Source: a virus
Lineage: Duplodnaviria > Caudoviricetes
Virus record (IMG/VR): IMGVR_UViG_3300037722_000182
Span: 1-45,510 of that record
DNA length: 45,510 bases
Direction: 5' to 3' (one strand)
A model generated the notes under the pieces. The model had not been told where the DNA came from. It did not search any database and saw only the letters and a program-made list of their open reading frames with translations. The translations under genes were made by a program, and so were the position numbers. Positions 27,939-37,447 of this stretch are shown in pieces (position 1 is the first letter of the stretch; each line of letters opens with the position of its first letter).

Positions 27939-29036
27939 ATGTTACCAAAAATAAATCATGAACAATATGAAAAGCTGTTAGATGTTGTAATGGCGTCAGG
28001 GCACCCATTGCTTGTAGTAGGCAAGCCTGGGATAGGCAAGACACGTGCGCTGAAAAAATATTCAGTAAAGAGAAATGCCGATTTAATTATATCACACCCA
28101 GCTACAGATGCCCCGCAGGATATAAAAGGTTATCCGGCAAAAACAAAGATAAAGCTACATGCTGAATCTGACGACTTGGAAGACATTCTTATCAATCTCT
28201 CAACCGAAGAAGAGGAAATTGACGTAGCTACCTTCTTACCTTTCGGCCAGATGTTGCAGATACTCCGGGCAAGGAAGCCTACTATATGGTTCTTTGATGA
28301 CTTTGGGCAAGCGCCGCCTAGCGTACAAGCCGCCCTTATGCAATTGATAGGCGACAGGGAGTTATGCGGTAAAAAGCTACCTGATTGCGTCAAGATCGTC
28401 GCTGCTACTAACGGCAAGGAGCATAAAGCGAATGTAAACTACTTACTCGAACCAATAAAATCACGGTTCGGTATGATAGTTGAGTTGATGGAGGACTTGC
28501 CAGGCTTCCGGGTATGGGGTGATAACATTGGTCTACACCCTAATGTGATGCTGTTCCTTGAAGCTTTTCCTGAATCTTTTTGCGTGTTTAAAACTGATCT
28601 AGGTATGGAGAACAGCCCGAACCCAAGATTATGGGAAAAACTCTCTGACCAACTTTACGCTTTTGAAGCGACAATTGTAACAGACGACAAGTTAAGGGAA
28701 ATAGTCGCTTGTGGTTGTGTTGGTGAAAGTCATGGTAGACAATTCTCTGCTTTTGAGCGGGTACGTAAAGTTATACCCACTTATCAGGAGATAATTAACG
28801 ATCCTGAAGAGTTTCCGATAAATCATCCAGTAGACCAACGTATTGCTATTCTTGGCATGTTGGCTACACAAGGGAAACCGAATCATGCCGATGCAATCTT
28901 TACTTATGTCAAGAAAATGGCGAAAGAATATCAGGTCGTCTTCTTCAGGCTCGTTAAGCGCTATAACAATGACTTAACTGGTACGGATTCAGCGCAAAGA
29001 TGGTTCGCTGCTAATATGGACATTTATCTAGACTAA
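27939..29036 (+). CDS. MoxR-like AAA+ ATPase
   Basis: GKPGIGKT, FFDDFGQA, VAATN, SRF, NPRLW. Confidence 0.85.
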   Translation: MLPKINHEQYEKLLDVVMASGHPLLVVGKPGIGKTRALKKYSVKRNADLIISHPATDAPQDIKGYPAKTKIKLHAESDDLEDILINLSTEEEEIDVATFLPFGQMLQILRARKPTIWFFDDFGQAPPSVQAALMQLIGDRELCGKKLPDCVKIVAATNGKEHKANVNYLLEPIKSRFGMIVELMEDLPGFRVWGDNIGLHPNVMLFLEAFPESFCVFKTDLGMENSPNPRLWEKLSDQLYAFEATIVTDDKLREIVACGCVGESHGRQFSAFERVRKVIPTYQEIINDPEEFPINHPVDQRIAILGMLATQGKPNHADAIFTYVKKMAKEYQVVFFRLVKRYNNDLTGTDSAQRWFAANMDIYLD

Positions 29037-29063
29037 CTAACTAACAGTTAGTTAAGGAGAATA

Positions 29064-29249
29064 GTGATGAAAAGAGAGATACCACCGGAACAGTACGAGG
29101 TAAGAAACTATTGTACTGAGGACATAGAACACGATTTGAAACTAATGCTTAATATTTTTGGTCCTGATGATCCCGATGTCAAAAAATATCAGGCCGAATT
29201 GGACAGAAGAAATGGAGAAATGGAGAAATGGAGAAATGGAGAAAGATGA
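29064..29249 (+). CDS. Small hypothetical protein with an 8-bp tandem repeat at its 3' end
   Basis: AAGGAG RBS with GTG/ATG start. Confidence 0.55.
   Translation: MMKREIPPEQYEVRNYCTEDIEHDLKLMLNIFGPDDPDVKKYQAELDRRNGEMEKWRNGER
29210..29241 (+). repeat. (AAATGGAG)x4
   Basis: Read directly from the sequence. Confidence 0.9.
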
Positions 29250-29261
29250 AATAAGGGAGGG

Positions 29262-30398
29262 ATGACCATGTTTGATAACAAAGACCTTGAAAAGATAAGA
29301 GCAAAAGTAGTTGCGGATTATCCTCTTCTTTCGTCGTTCATGTTCAACCTTGAAATGAATTCTAACGAGTTTATACCTAATCTTAAGGTGAACATGAAAG
29401 AGGTTATGTATAACCCTGAATACATGGCAAGCTTATCGCCAGTAGATCAGATGGTAGCTTTCATACATGAAATTGCCCACGTATTTTTAGGTCACCCACT
29501 ACGTATCAGACCAGTACACGACAAGGAGAAAATTCAAAGAGCGGCAGATTATGCGGTTAATGATCTTTTAAAGGATATGGGGCTTCCGGTTCAGTACAAT
29601 TTCTTATGGTCGCATGAGTTTACTGGAATGGCAATGGAGGAGATATATGCCAAATTGGAGAATAATCAAGAGCGCAGACCTCAACCAAAGTGGAACGAAA
29701 AAAGTCAAGGGGAATGTATGCCTGATTCCAAACCTTCGCCGGGAGGAGGAGACACGCCAGAACAAATAGAGAAGAAGCTGGAAGAACACGCAAGGAAGCA
29801 AATGGACGCTATCCAACAAGCTCGGATGATGGGAGATATGCCTGCTAACTTGCGTAGACGGTTAGATAAGATGACCGAATCGAAAACGGATTGGCGACAG
29901 CTTTTACCTTCTACTATCGAAGACGTACTCGGAATGGAGGACTACACTTTCGAGCATCCAGATAGACGTTATGATTGTAAGTTTATCCTTCCTGGTATGG
30001 TGGGAACGAAAGTTGGCTCGGTAGTCTTTGCTGGTGATACTTCAGGTTCGATAAGTACGAAACAGCTCGTGGCTATGTCTGCTGAGGTTATGGGCTGTAT
30101 TCAGAATATAGCACCCGAAAAGACTTATGTCATATGGTGTGATTCGAAAATAGGCTCGGTACAAGTATTTAATGAAGGAGAGGAGCCTGAGCTGAACCCA
30201 GTGGGAGGAGGGGGAACGGACTTCAAACCGCCTTTTAAGTATGTAGAGGATAACAGCATTGACCCGATAATGCTGATATACCTGACAGATGGGTATTGCA
30301 GCAGTTTTGCAAAAAAGCCGGACTATCCAGTTATATGGCTTGTATGGCAAGATCAGTCTAAATTCGTACCGCCTTATGGTAGGGTAATCGTAATGTAA
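29262..30398 (+). CDS. Metallopeptidase plus vWA domain protein (DUF2201-like)
   Basis: HEIAH; MIDAS DTSGS, GGGGTDF, LTDGY. Confidence 0.85.
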   Translation: MTMFDNKDLEKIRAKVVADYPLLSSFMFNLEMNSNEFIPNLKVNMKEVMYNPEYMASLSPVDQMVAFIHEIAHVFLGHPLRIRPVHDKEKIQRAADYAVNDLLKDMGLPVQYNFLWSHEFTGMAMEEIYAKLENNQERRPQPKWNEKSQGECMPDSKPSPGGGDTPEQIEKKLEEHARKQMDAIQQARMMGDMPANLRRRLDKMTESKTDWRQLLPSTIEDVLGMEDYTFEHPDRRYDCKFILPGMVGTKVGSVVFAGDTSGSISTKQLVAMSAEVMGCIQNIAPEKTYVIWCDSKIGSVQVFNEGEEPELNPVGGGGTDFKPPFKYVEDNSIDPIMLIYLTDGYCSSFAKKPDYPVIWLVWQDQSKFVPPYGRVIVM

Positions 30399-30424
30399 CT
30401 AACATGTTAGTTGGAGGTCACAAG

Positions 30425-30673
30425 ATGAGTATACTTAGCAAGATTAAACTTCTGTTTACTTACGGCCCAGAGCTAGAGGAGATGGTAAAGAAAGCACGAA
30501 AGGAGCAAGAGGAGCGTATAAGTTTTGAGCGTATGCACAACTTAAAACTGTGTAGGAAGCACCGGCAAGAATCCCCACATTCGGAATACGCCGAAAGCAA
30601 TTGTGACTACTGTAAACTCTTGCATGAGCTAATAAAGGGAACGTCGAGTGCAGATTACAGAAGTCGTAAATAG
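30425..30673 (+). CDS. Small protein with a CxxH...CxxC motif
   Basis: Start 30425 by the GGAGGTCAC RBS. Confidence 0.6.
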   Translation: MSILSKIKLLFTYGPELEEMVKKARKEQEERISFERMHNLKLCRKHRQESPHSEYAESNCDYCKLLHELIKGTSSADYRSRK

Positions 30674-30708
30674 TCAACAAGGGTTTATCAAGTAAGGGAG
30701 GTAAGGTC

Positions 30709-31194
30709 ATGGAAAATAGAACAACTTTTTGCAGTGTGTTACAAGATCAAGATGCGATAATGACAGGGGAGGAAGTTTACCCTATAGCTGGTGACGGCTT
30801 CCTAGCTTCGTCTATGGTAGGACATACAGATATTTTGATTGAAAAATGTAGAGGGCTTAACCTTTATTGGAATTGCCTGGAAAAAGCCCTTATCGTAAGG
30901 GAGTACATTGGTAACGGCTTCGTGATCCTCGGTTCTCTATACGTCCACAATGAAGAGCGATCAGGAAACTACGGATATGAGTATAACCCACCGTTAGAAT
31001 TCCATGCTTGGTGGCAACCAGAACTACGCTCCGGCAGTATTATAATAGACATAGCCTTGCCTGGGGTTATCCTGAAGGGTAAGTCTATAGTAGACGAGTT
31101 TGGTTCCATTCTTTCAGGCCGGGAGCCTTGTATACTGTCGGGTAAGCCGTTAGACTGGATGGAGTACAGGTCACTCGATATTTTCAACATTTGA
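30709..31194 (+). CDS. Hypothetical protein
   Basis: 161 aa, GGGAGGT RBS. Confidence 0.65.
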   Translation: MENRTTFCSVLQDQDAIMTGEEVYPIAGDGFLASSMVGHTDILIEKCRGLNLYWNCLEKALIVREYIGNGFVILGSLYVHNEERSGNYGYEYNPPLEFHAWWQPELRSGSIIIDIALPGVILKGKSIVDEFGSILSGREPCILSGKPLDWMEYRSLDIFNI

Positions 31195-31207
31195 AGGAGG
31201 AGCGAAT

Positions 31208-31381
31208 ATGCCTTGGTTTAAAATTGCTACTTGCCCTGTGTGTGGTAAGAGATTAAAACTGAAGAAAGAGAATAGGTTAGTTACCCATGGGAAGAATTGT
31301 TCTATTGGTCGGCTAAAATGCTCCGGTTCTAACAATTCAGGCAAAGAAATAACCCATGTGTGGAAGCCAAAGCCCGCATAA
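31208..31381 (+). CDS. Small zinc-finger-like protein (57 aa)
   Basis: AAGGAGG RBS; CPVCG...H...CSGS. Confidence 0.6.
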   Translation: MPWFKIATCPVCGKRLKLKKENRLVTHGKNCSIGRLKCSGSNNSGKEITHVWKPKPA

Positions 31382-31389
31382 AATAACTC

Positions 31390-31418
31390 TTGACAAAATA
31401 TATTCGTTGTGTTACTAT
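31390..31418 (+). promoter_or_regulatory. Sigma70 promoter for the replication genes
   Basis: TTGACA-17-TACTAT with an extended TG; shares TTGACAAAATATATT with 27760. Confidence 0.75.
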
Positions 31419-31473
31419 AATAAATGTCACAATGCGGAATTAACCCCAATATTAGGTAGCTAACAGGTATACT

Positions 31474-34350
31474 ATGTCAAACATAACTATACTACGGCCA
31501 ACGTGGGATCAGGCTGTAACAGCAAAGTCTTTTGCTCTTGAAGAGAATACTCGGATACCTAAACTGGTATCCGAGTATGAGCTAGGACTAAAATTCACAT
31601 ATGCAACCACAGAAGTAAAAACAATCTCAGCTCTATATGGTTTATTATCCAGATGTGCAGATAAAAAAGTCATAAGGATATATGGCCGACCTGTTCAAGG
31701 CTTAGGTCCGATAGCACATAGACGCATGACAGATTTCGAGTGCGAAGAAACGAATCTGCTAATGATTGATGCTGATAGCTGGCCTGTTCCAGACGGTTTT
31801 TCCTTGGGGACAAAGGAAGGGATACGAAAAACCGTAAATGAAATAATTGTAAATAGAATGGGTTTAGAGGTACTTAAAGGAGTACAGTTTTGCTGCCTAT
31901 TATCTTCAAGTATGTGGTCGAAAGATAAGTTAAGAGCGCACTTATACTTTTTACTCGATGAACCCGTACCGCTTAAAAGTCTACACGCTTGGGGCTTTGA
32001 CCACAACGCACTAAACGCAGTTTATAAAATAGATTATAGGTCTTTCCACCAGATACAGCCTGACTACATATCAAGAAGGGTATGCCAGGGATTTAACGAT
32101 CCACTACCTGATTCATTGAGGTTAACTGAGCATTGTGACCACCTATCTCCCTATGTACGAAAGGCTGATCTGGTTGGATTGTTTAACGATACAGGATTAA
32201 AAGCAGGGTCGAGCACAACTAACACGTTAGTTAGCAAAGTTCCCATAGGGTCAACGTGGGAAAAGACGCTAGAGTTATGCGGTAGCCAGACCCACGGTAT
32301 AAACGAACCCGCTTACAGGGCTTGCGCTCAACTGGTTCAAGAAGTAGGAGATTCAGCAGTTACCTCTGACTTAATATATCACGTTAACAACGTGTATACT
32401 AAGATGTGGGTGGCCATAGCCAAACACGGAGTAAGAGGGGCAAAAGAAGATCGGGATAGGTACACCAGAGAGAAGATCAAAGGGTATCTACAAACTGCTG
32501 TTAAGAAAAAATTCGGGGAGCAGTCAGACCTACACGTTAAAGACGTAACCGATGCAATTGAAGCAGTAAAGAATGGTGGTAATACGTCTTTACTCTTTGA
32601 TAGGAGTTGCCTCGATGCTATAAGACACCTAAAGTCGAAGATGCCTGAAAGGTGGGTAGATGTAAGGGCAACGATAAAGAGGGAACTGAAGAGCAAGGTA
32701 TCAATAGCTGATTTAGAAAAAGCTGCTTCTGATCTTGGCGATAAGCTTGACCCTGAGTTAATGGTTGAGTCTCTGATTGAGCAGTTCAAATGGATACAAG
32801 GAGAAAACGATAACTGCCTGTACTGCATGATTGAAAATGGTGACAAGTACAAGTTAATCTCTTTGGATGACGGGGTTGAAGAGGAAGTATACGCCAGAGC
32901 ATTTGGTATCTACGGAGGTAAGTTACCTTTTCAGTTTGAGCGAATAGTGCTACGTATATTAATGTCTCGGAAGGATGACCCCATATATAGTCCTTTTAAA
33001 CTCTATCCAGTTGAGAACAGGTGTTACTCAACAGTAATAAACGGTAAGAATACTACGTACTATAACCTTGGTACTACACTTCAAGGAGAAATGCGAACCG
33101 CTGTGGTATGTGAAAAAGGAGTTAAGATAATTCCATCAGTTAAAGCCCCTGTGCTATGGAGGTACACAACTAACACGTTAGTTGCTGAAGTAGACGACTT
33201 CCTTGAGCAGATAGAAACATTAGGAGAGTTGGGGAAGCAACTGTATATTGATAACTACTTGGAAGGTATCAGGGAGTTTACAACAGTTGTTGATAACCTT
33301 GATCTACTTGAGTTGATTGCATGGCAGACGGTAGCGGTAGTTAATACTGGAACCGCTAACCTGTTGCAAATAACCGGCAGGTCTGAAGATGGTAAGAGTA
33401 GTACTGCAATATTTACCAAAGAGCTATGCGATCCCACCTCAGCAGATATTAAAGAGGGTCCAGACCTACACAGTGGGTTATATAAGAAGGAGGACTTAGC
33501 AAAAACTCTTAGGAACAGGCATGTAACAGTCTTTGATAACTTGAGCGGTATAGCTCCAAGGGATCAAGATATGCTTTGTTCAATAGCTACTGGATGGAGG
33601 TACGATATGAGGGTAATGTACTCTCAGCGGTACTTAGATTTGATTATAAAGAAACCGCTGATACTGACCGCCTTGCTTGCGGTAACTACTAACCAAGATT
33701 TAAGGTCAAGAACTATCACGGTAGCAGTAACCTCCGATATGAAGAATTGCAAAGGGGATTTGTACGCTAAGTGGAGAGAAGAAAGCCCTAAGATGCGTAT
33801 AGGTTTACTGTTCTTTGTTTCAAAGGTAATAGCAAGAGTCAACAAACTGAGAGAGAAGAACAGTGATTTGAACGATAGGTCTTTATGGAGTGACCAAGCA
33901 AGGATGGAAGCTGCCTTGTTGTTGAAAGTATATCCTGACGTAGAAAAAATGTCAGAGAAGAAACTAGCTCAAAAGGTAGGGGAAAGGAAGCGATTCGAGA
34001 ACGCTAACGAAGCCGTACTTAACTCGGTTACAAGTTTGGTAATTGCTTGGATTTGTAATGACCCAATCTTTCTGAAGAAGAGGGAGATTTTTTTGAGCAC
34101 TAACGAGTGCTACATATACTATCGTAATTTTGTAAATGAGAACGCAGGGAAGATAGTAAACGCTAGTGGTTTTTCAATAGAAATAGCACCAGCGAATATG
34201 GTGAAAACTGTCCGGTCTTTAGGAACTCGGTTAGGTGTATCTGCAAGAGACATACACTTGGTAACAGGGAGAAGAGTGATAAGCACTAGCGAGGGAATAA
34301 ACCGGGGATGGAAGTTTTTTGAAAAAGCATACGAGGAGGTAGTAGAATGA
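31474..34350 (+). CDS. Putative primase (AEP-like) / P-loop helicase fusion
   Basis: LMIDAD and SSS...RAHLYF primase-like motifs; GRSEDGKSS and VFDNL ATPase motifs; first gene of the replication block. Confidence 0.6.
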   Translation: MSNITILRPTWDQAVTAKSFALEENTRIPKLVSEYELGLKFTYATTEVKTISALYGLLSRCADKKVIRIYGRPVQGLGPIAHRRMTDFECEETNLLMIDADSWPVPDGFSLGTKEGIRKTVNEIIVNRMGLEVLKGVQFCCLLSSSMWSKDKLRAHLYFLLDEPVPLKSLHAWGFDHNALNAVYKIDYRSFHQIQPDYISRRVCQGFNDPLPDSLRLTEHCDHLSPYVRKADLVGLFNDTGLKAGSSTTNTLVSKVPIGSTWEKTLELCGSQTHGINEPAYRACAQLVQEVGDSAVTSDLIYHVNNVYTKMWVAIAKHGVRGAKEDRDRYTREKIKGYLQTAVKKKFGEQSDLHVKDVTDAIEAVKNGGNTSLLFDRSCLDAIRHLKSKMPERWVDVRATIKRELKSKVSIADLEKAASDLGDKLDPELMVESLIEQFKWIQGENDNCLYCMIENGDKYKLISLDDGVEEEVYARAFGIYGGKLPFQFERIVLRILMSRKDDPIYSPFKLYPVENRCYSTVINGKNTTYYNLGTTLQGEMRTAVVCEKGVKIIPSVKAPVLWRYTTNTLVAEVDDFLEQIETLGELGKQLYIDNYLEGIREFTTVVDNLDLLELIAWQTVAVVNTGTANLLQITGRSEDGKSSTAIFTKELCDPTSADIKEGPDLHSGLYKKEDLAKTLRNRHVTVFDNLSGIAPRDQDMLCSIATGWRYDMRVMYSQRYLDLIIKKPLILTALLAVTTNQDLRSRTITVAVTSDMKNCKGDLYAKWREESPKMRIGLLFFVSKVIARVNKLREKNSDLNDRSLWSDQARMEAALLLKVYPDVEKMSEKKLAQKVGERKRFENANEAVLNSVTSLVIAWICNDPIFLKKREIFLSTNECYIYYRNFVNENAGKIVNASGFSIEIAPANMVKTVRSLGTRLGVSARDIHLVTGRRVISTSEGINRGWKFFEKAYEEVVE

Positions 34351-34634
34351 AACTGGAAATGTGGTTAGAGTTAAAAGGGATGGGGCCAACTGAGCTTCGT
34401 AAAAAGCTTACTGAGCGATTCGGGGGTTCACCATCTAAACAATCTTTATCAAACATAGCCAAAGGGAAGAATCAAGCAAGCCTTGAGATAGCCCTTATGC
34501 TGAAGGAGGTCACTGACGGAGATTTGGATTTATGGAAGTTGGTAAATAACCCGAAGTATGTAGGTAAGTTGGGGGTAATGACAGAAGAAGCCCCGGGCAT
34601 GGATGAAGTGGATGATCTTTTAAATAGCCTGTAA
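34347..34634 (+). CDS. Cro/XRE-like HTH protein
   Basis: LELKGMGPTEL...SKQSLSNIAKGKNQASLEIAL. Confidence 0.7.
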   Translation: MKLEMWLELKGMGPTELRKKLTERFGGSPSKQSLSNIAKGKNQASLEIALMLKEVTDGDLDLWKLVNNPKYVGKLGVMTEEAPGMDEVDDLLNSL

Positions 34635-34679
34635 TTAGGCGAACAAACCAAAACAAAAACAACAAACGGAGATACTAAA

Positions 34680-35102
34680 ATGGCAAACTTGACTGTTGAT
34701 CTTACAAACAAAGCTTCTATGCAACTGGCCCTTACCTTGATTGGTATGCTTATGAGCGGAGCTACCCCGGTGAATGTAACCGACTCGTTAGTTGAAGAAC
34801 AAGGTGATGTTCTCAAAACCTCTGACGATATGGATTTGGGGATGGATATGATCACAGATACCGCTACTGATGGTGGTGGTCTGGATGACCTGCTTAACGA
34901 GCCTGAGCCTGAGCCTGAAGGAGTTACTGTTGAAGCCATGAAGTTGGCTTTGAAGGGTCTTATAACTGCCAAAGGGAAAGACGTTGCCATTGCCGAGGTT
35001 CGGAAAGCATTTGAGAAACTGAAGGTCGAGCGGATGGAGGATATTGTTGAAGCCAAGCGTGAGGCTTTCGTTACATATCTGAACGGAAAAGCAGCAAAAT
35101 AA
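34680..35102 (+). CDS. Acidic hypothetical protein upstream of the DUF2800 nuclease
   Basis: 140 aa; position typical of APSE-like modules. Confidence 0.65.
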   Translation: MANLTVDLTNKASMQLALTLIGMLMSGATPVNVTDSLVEEQGDVLKTSDDMDLGMDMITDTATDGGGLDDLLNEPEPEPEGVTVEAMKLALKGLITAKGKDVAIAEVRKAFEKLKVERMEDIVEAKREAFVTYLNGKAAK

Positions 35103-35164
35103 CCGGCTACCTGTTAGTTGGGGTTAATACCCTTAACTAACAGGTTAGTTAGGGAGGTTACACA

Positions 35165-36484
35165 ATGTCAGAACAGCATAGTAAATTAATGTCCCCTTCC
35201 AGTTCAGGGCTATGGATACCCTGTACTGCAATGCCTCAAGCTCTGCTCGATTCCGAGTACGTGGATTCAACAGGGCCGGAGGCTGGAAGGGGGACAATAC
35301 AGCACGATGTAGCAAAGAGAGTAACAGAAGGAAAGATGACACTAGCTTCAGCCTGTCCAACAGAGGTTGATGGGGAGGAGTGGGACCAAGTAAAGACAGC
35401 GGTAGAGGCTATCTATACCTTCCTTCAGTCAGAAGGTGTAACGGTTAGAACAAAGTATTTGTTCCTTGAAAAGCCTGTCTCTTTCAGTGGGTGGCGTAAG
35501 GATTGCTTTGGAACAGGTGACTTTATATACTTTGATCCGGATACCTTAACTCTTTATGTTTTCGATTACAAGTTTGGAAGAGTGCTGGTAATAGTGGAGT
35601 GGAACAGTCAACTGCTTATATACGGACTGGCGGCAATAGAGACATTGATAAGAGAGGGGGTTATAACAGAAGTAAAGAACCTAGTTATTGGTATCTCTCA
35701 GCCGAAAGTATCTTCACTCTTGCAAACGCACCGCCTTACGGTAGCCGAGGCTTTGGATTGGGATAAGAATGTTTTAATCCCTGCGCAGAAAGCAATAGTA
35801 GAAGGTAAGGGTAAGTTTAATCCCGGCGGTCACTGTACTGCTAAGTATTGCAAAAACGCCCGTAACTGTTCAGCGTTCAAGGAGCAAGGTAGTAAGGATA
35901 TGGAGTTGTTTGTTGCGGATTATCCTGTTGTACCTACCAAGGACACGATAAACTCTTTATCAGTAATGGAGTTATCTGACCTTGTTCAAAAATCTCTTGT
36001 CGTAGAAGGAGTTATAAAGGAAGTAAAGGACAGGGCAAAGAGCCTCCTCGAATCGGGAATGCCTGTTCCCGGGCTGAAGCTGGTAGAAGGTAGGGGCAAA
36101 AGGGAATGGACTTCAGAAGATGAAGCTATCACTTTCCTCACGGAGCAGAAAGTACCCGATGAAGAGATGTTTAACGTGTCAGTTAAGACGCTGCCCCAGG
36201 CTGAGAAACTTCTGAAGAAGGAGTTGAAGTTCTCTTGGGTCAAGGAAGGGTTCAAGAAACTTACTAAGTGGGTTCCAGGCTCGCCGGTATTGGCGCTTGA
36301 ATCTGATAAAAGGAGTGCGGTACTACCTGAAAGTAAAAAGGAGGAGGTAGAAATAGAACTGGAAAAAACTGTAGAGGAATGGGTGTCGATGTCAACGGAT
36401 ACCAGTATAGACGATCTTCTAAGCGAGCTTGACTCCCCCAAAGGGGAGTCGAACGAACTGGACGATCTATTGAACAGTCTGTAA
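35165..36484 (+). CDS. DUF2800 Cas4-like PD-(D/E)XK nuclease
   Basis: HSKLMSPSS..W..C, GT..H, FGTGD, DYKFG, NSQLLIY, GGHC..YC. Confidence 0.85.
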   Translation: MSEQHSKLMSPSSSGLWIPCTAMPQALLDSEYVDSTGPEAGRGTIQHDVAKRVTEGKMTLASACPTEVDGEEWDQVKTAVEAIYTFLQSEGVTVRTKYLFLEKPVSFSGWRKDCFGTGDFIYFDPDTLTLYVFDYKFGRVLVIVEWNSQLLIYGLAAIETLIREGVITEVKNLVIGISQPKVSSLLQTHRLTVAEALDWDKNVLIPAQKAIVEGKGKFNPGGHCTAKYCKNARNCSAFKEQGSKDMELFVADYPVVPTKDTINSLSVMELSDLVQKSLVVEGVIKEVKDRAKSLLESGMPVPGLKLVEGRGKREWTSEDEAITFLTEQKVPDEEMFNVSVKTLPQAEKLLKKELKFSWVKEGFKKLTKWVPGSPVLALESDKRSAVLPESKKEEVEIELEKTVEEWVSMSTDTSIDDLLSELDSPKGESNELDDLLNSL

Positions 36485-36532
36485 CTAACAAGTTAGTTAA
36501 ACTCGAAAAATCGAAAACTCGGAGAACCGAAA

Positions 36533-37231
36533 ATGAAAGCATCTGAAATAAAAGCAAAAAGAGTAGAGTCACAAGACAATGTTGTACGCATACTGATAGC
36601 CGGTCGTGCATCCTATGCCAACCTGTTGGAAGCGGTGTTCGATGATCCTGAAAAAACTGCGGAGGGTGATCGGAAGTCTTACAAGAGTGCTATCTTGTTT
36701 CATAAGACTGTCGGTGCTGATGTGCTGGCAATAGTAAACAGAGCAGTTGCCGATGCAGTTAAGATCGGCATAACGAAATTTTGGGGAGGTAAGAAGCCCC
36801 CGGTTCTGCAACTCCCGGTTAACAACGGGGATATAAAGTTTCAAGAGGATGATTCTAAGTACGCCGCCTATCAGGGTATGTTCCACCTCTCGGCAAAGCG
36901 ACAAGAGAAGTTCAGTCGTCCTATCCTTAAAGCCTACGGTAAGACGGTTACTTCAGGCGGGATAATCGAATCTGGTGACTGGTGTGTATGGGATATTTCT
37001 TTCTACCCATTTAACAACAAGAAGAAAGGGGTAGCCGTAGGTCTTAACGGCGTTACCCTGTTGAAAGAAGGTGAACGGTTCGGTGGGGGACCTTCTGAAA
37101 GCAGTATCAGTGATGAAGCAAGCTCCCTTTACGGTGACATTACCGGAGCAGGGGGCGATGCGTTTGATGACATACTTGGTATGGGGGCAGGTAAGACTGA
37201 TGATGTTGAGGACCTGTTAGCTGGACTGTAA
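36533..37231 (+). CDS. DUF2815 single-stranded DNA-binding protein
   Basis: RASYANL, GVAVGLNGV..EGERFGG, acidic tail. Confidence 0.85.
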   Translation: MKASEIKAKRVESQDNVVRILIAGRASYANLLEAVFDDPEKTAEGDRKSYKSAILFHKTVGADVLAIVNRAVADAVKIGITKFWGGKKPPVLQLPVNNGDIKFQEDDSKYAAYQGMFHLSAKRQEKFSRPILKAYGKTVTSGGIIESGDWCVWDISFYPFNNKKKGVAVGLNGVTLLKEGERFGGGPSESSISDEASSLYGDITGAGGDAFDDILGMGAGKTDDVEDLLAGL

Positions 37232-37251
37232 CTAACTGTTAGTTAAGTTTG

Positions 37252-37392
37252 TGAGTTGTGGCGGAATTGGTGATTATGGAACTAAGGGATCAGGCAACCC
37301 GGAAGGTCTATTGTCGATTCAACGCCAGGTAACAGGGAGCGTGACAACCAGCCTGACGCAAACCTGTGCAGGTTCGAATCCTGCCAACTCAT
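37252..37392 (+). ncRNA. tRNA-like RNA with enlarged D and anticodon arms
   Basis: Acceptor TGAGTTG/CAACTCA, TGGCGGAATTGGT, T-arm GCAGG-TTCGAAT-CCTGC. Confidence 0.7.
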
Positions 37393-37395
37393 GAT

Positions 37396-37425
37396 AAGCC
37401 TACTCTTTAAATAGGGTAGGCTTTT
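37396..37425 (+). terminator. Rho-independent terminator after the tRNA-like RNA
   Basis: AAGCCTACTCT...AGGGTAGGCTT-TT. Confidence 0.75.
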
Positions 37426-37447
37426 AAAATAACCTTGGTAATATATT

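Noticed and set aside
35165-36484. Cas4 as a sign of CRISPR-Cas
   Set aside because: DUF2800 nuclease in its usual nuclease-SSB-polymerase context
37252-37392. Standard decoding tRNA or tmRNA
   Set aside because: No 7-nt anticodon loop; too short for tmRNA and no tag ORF evident
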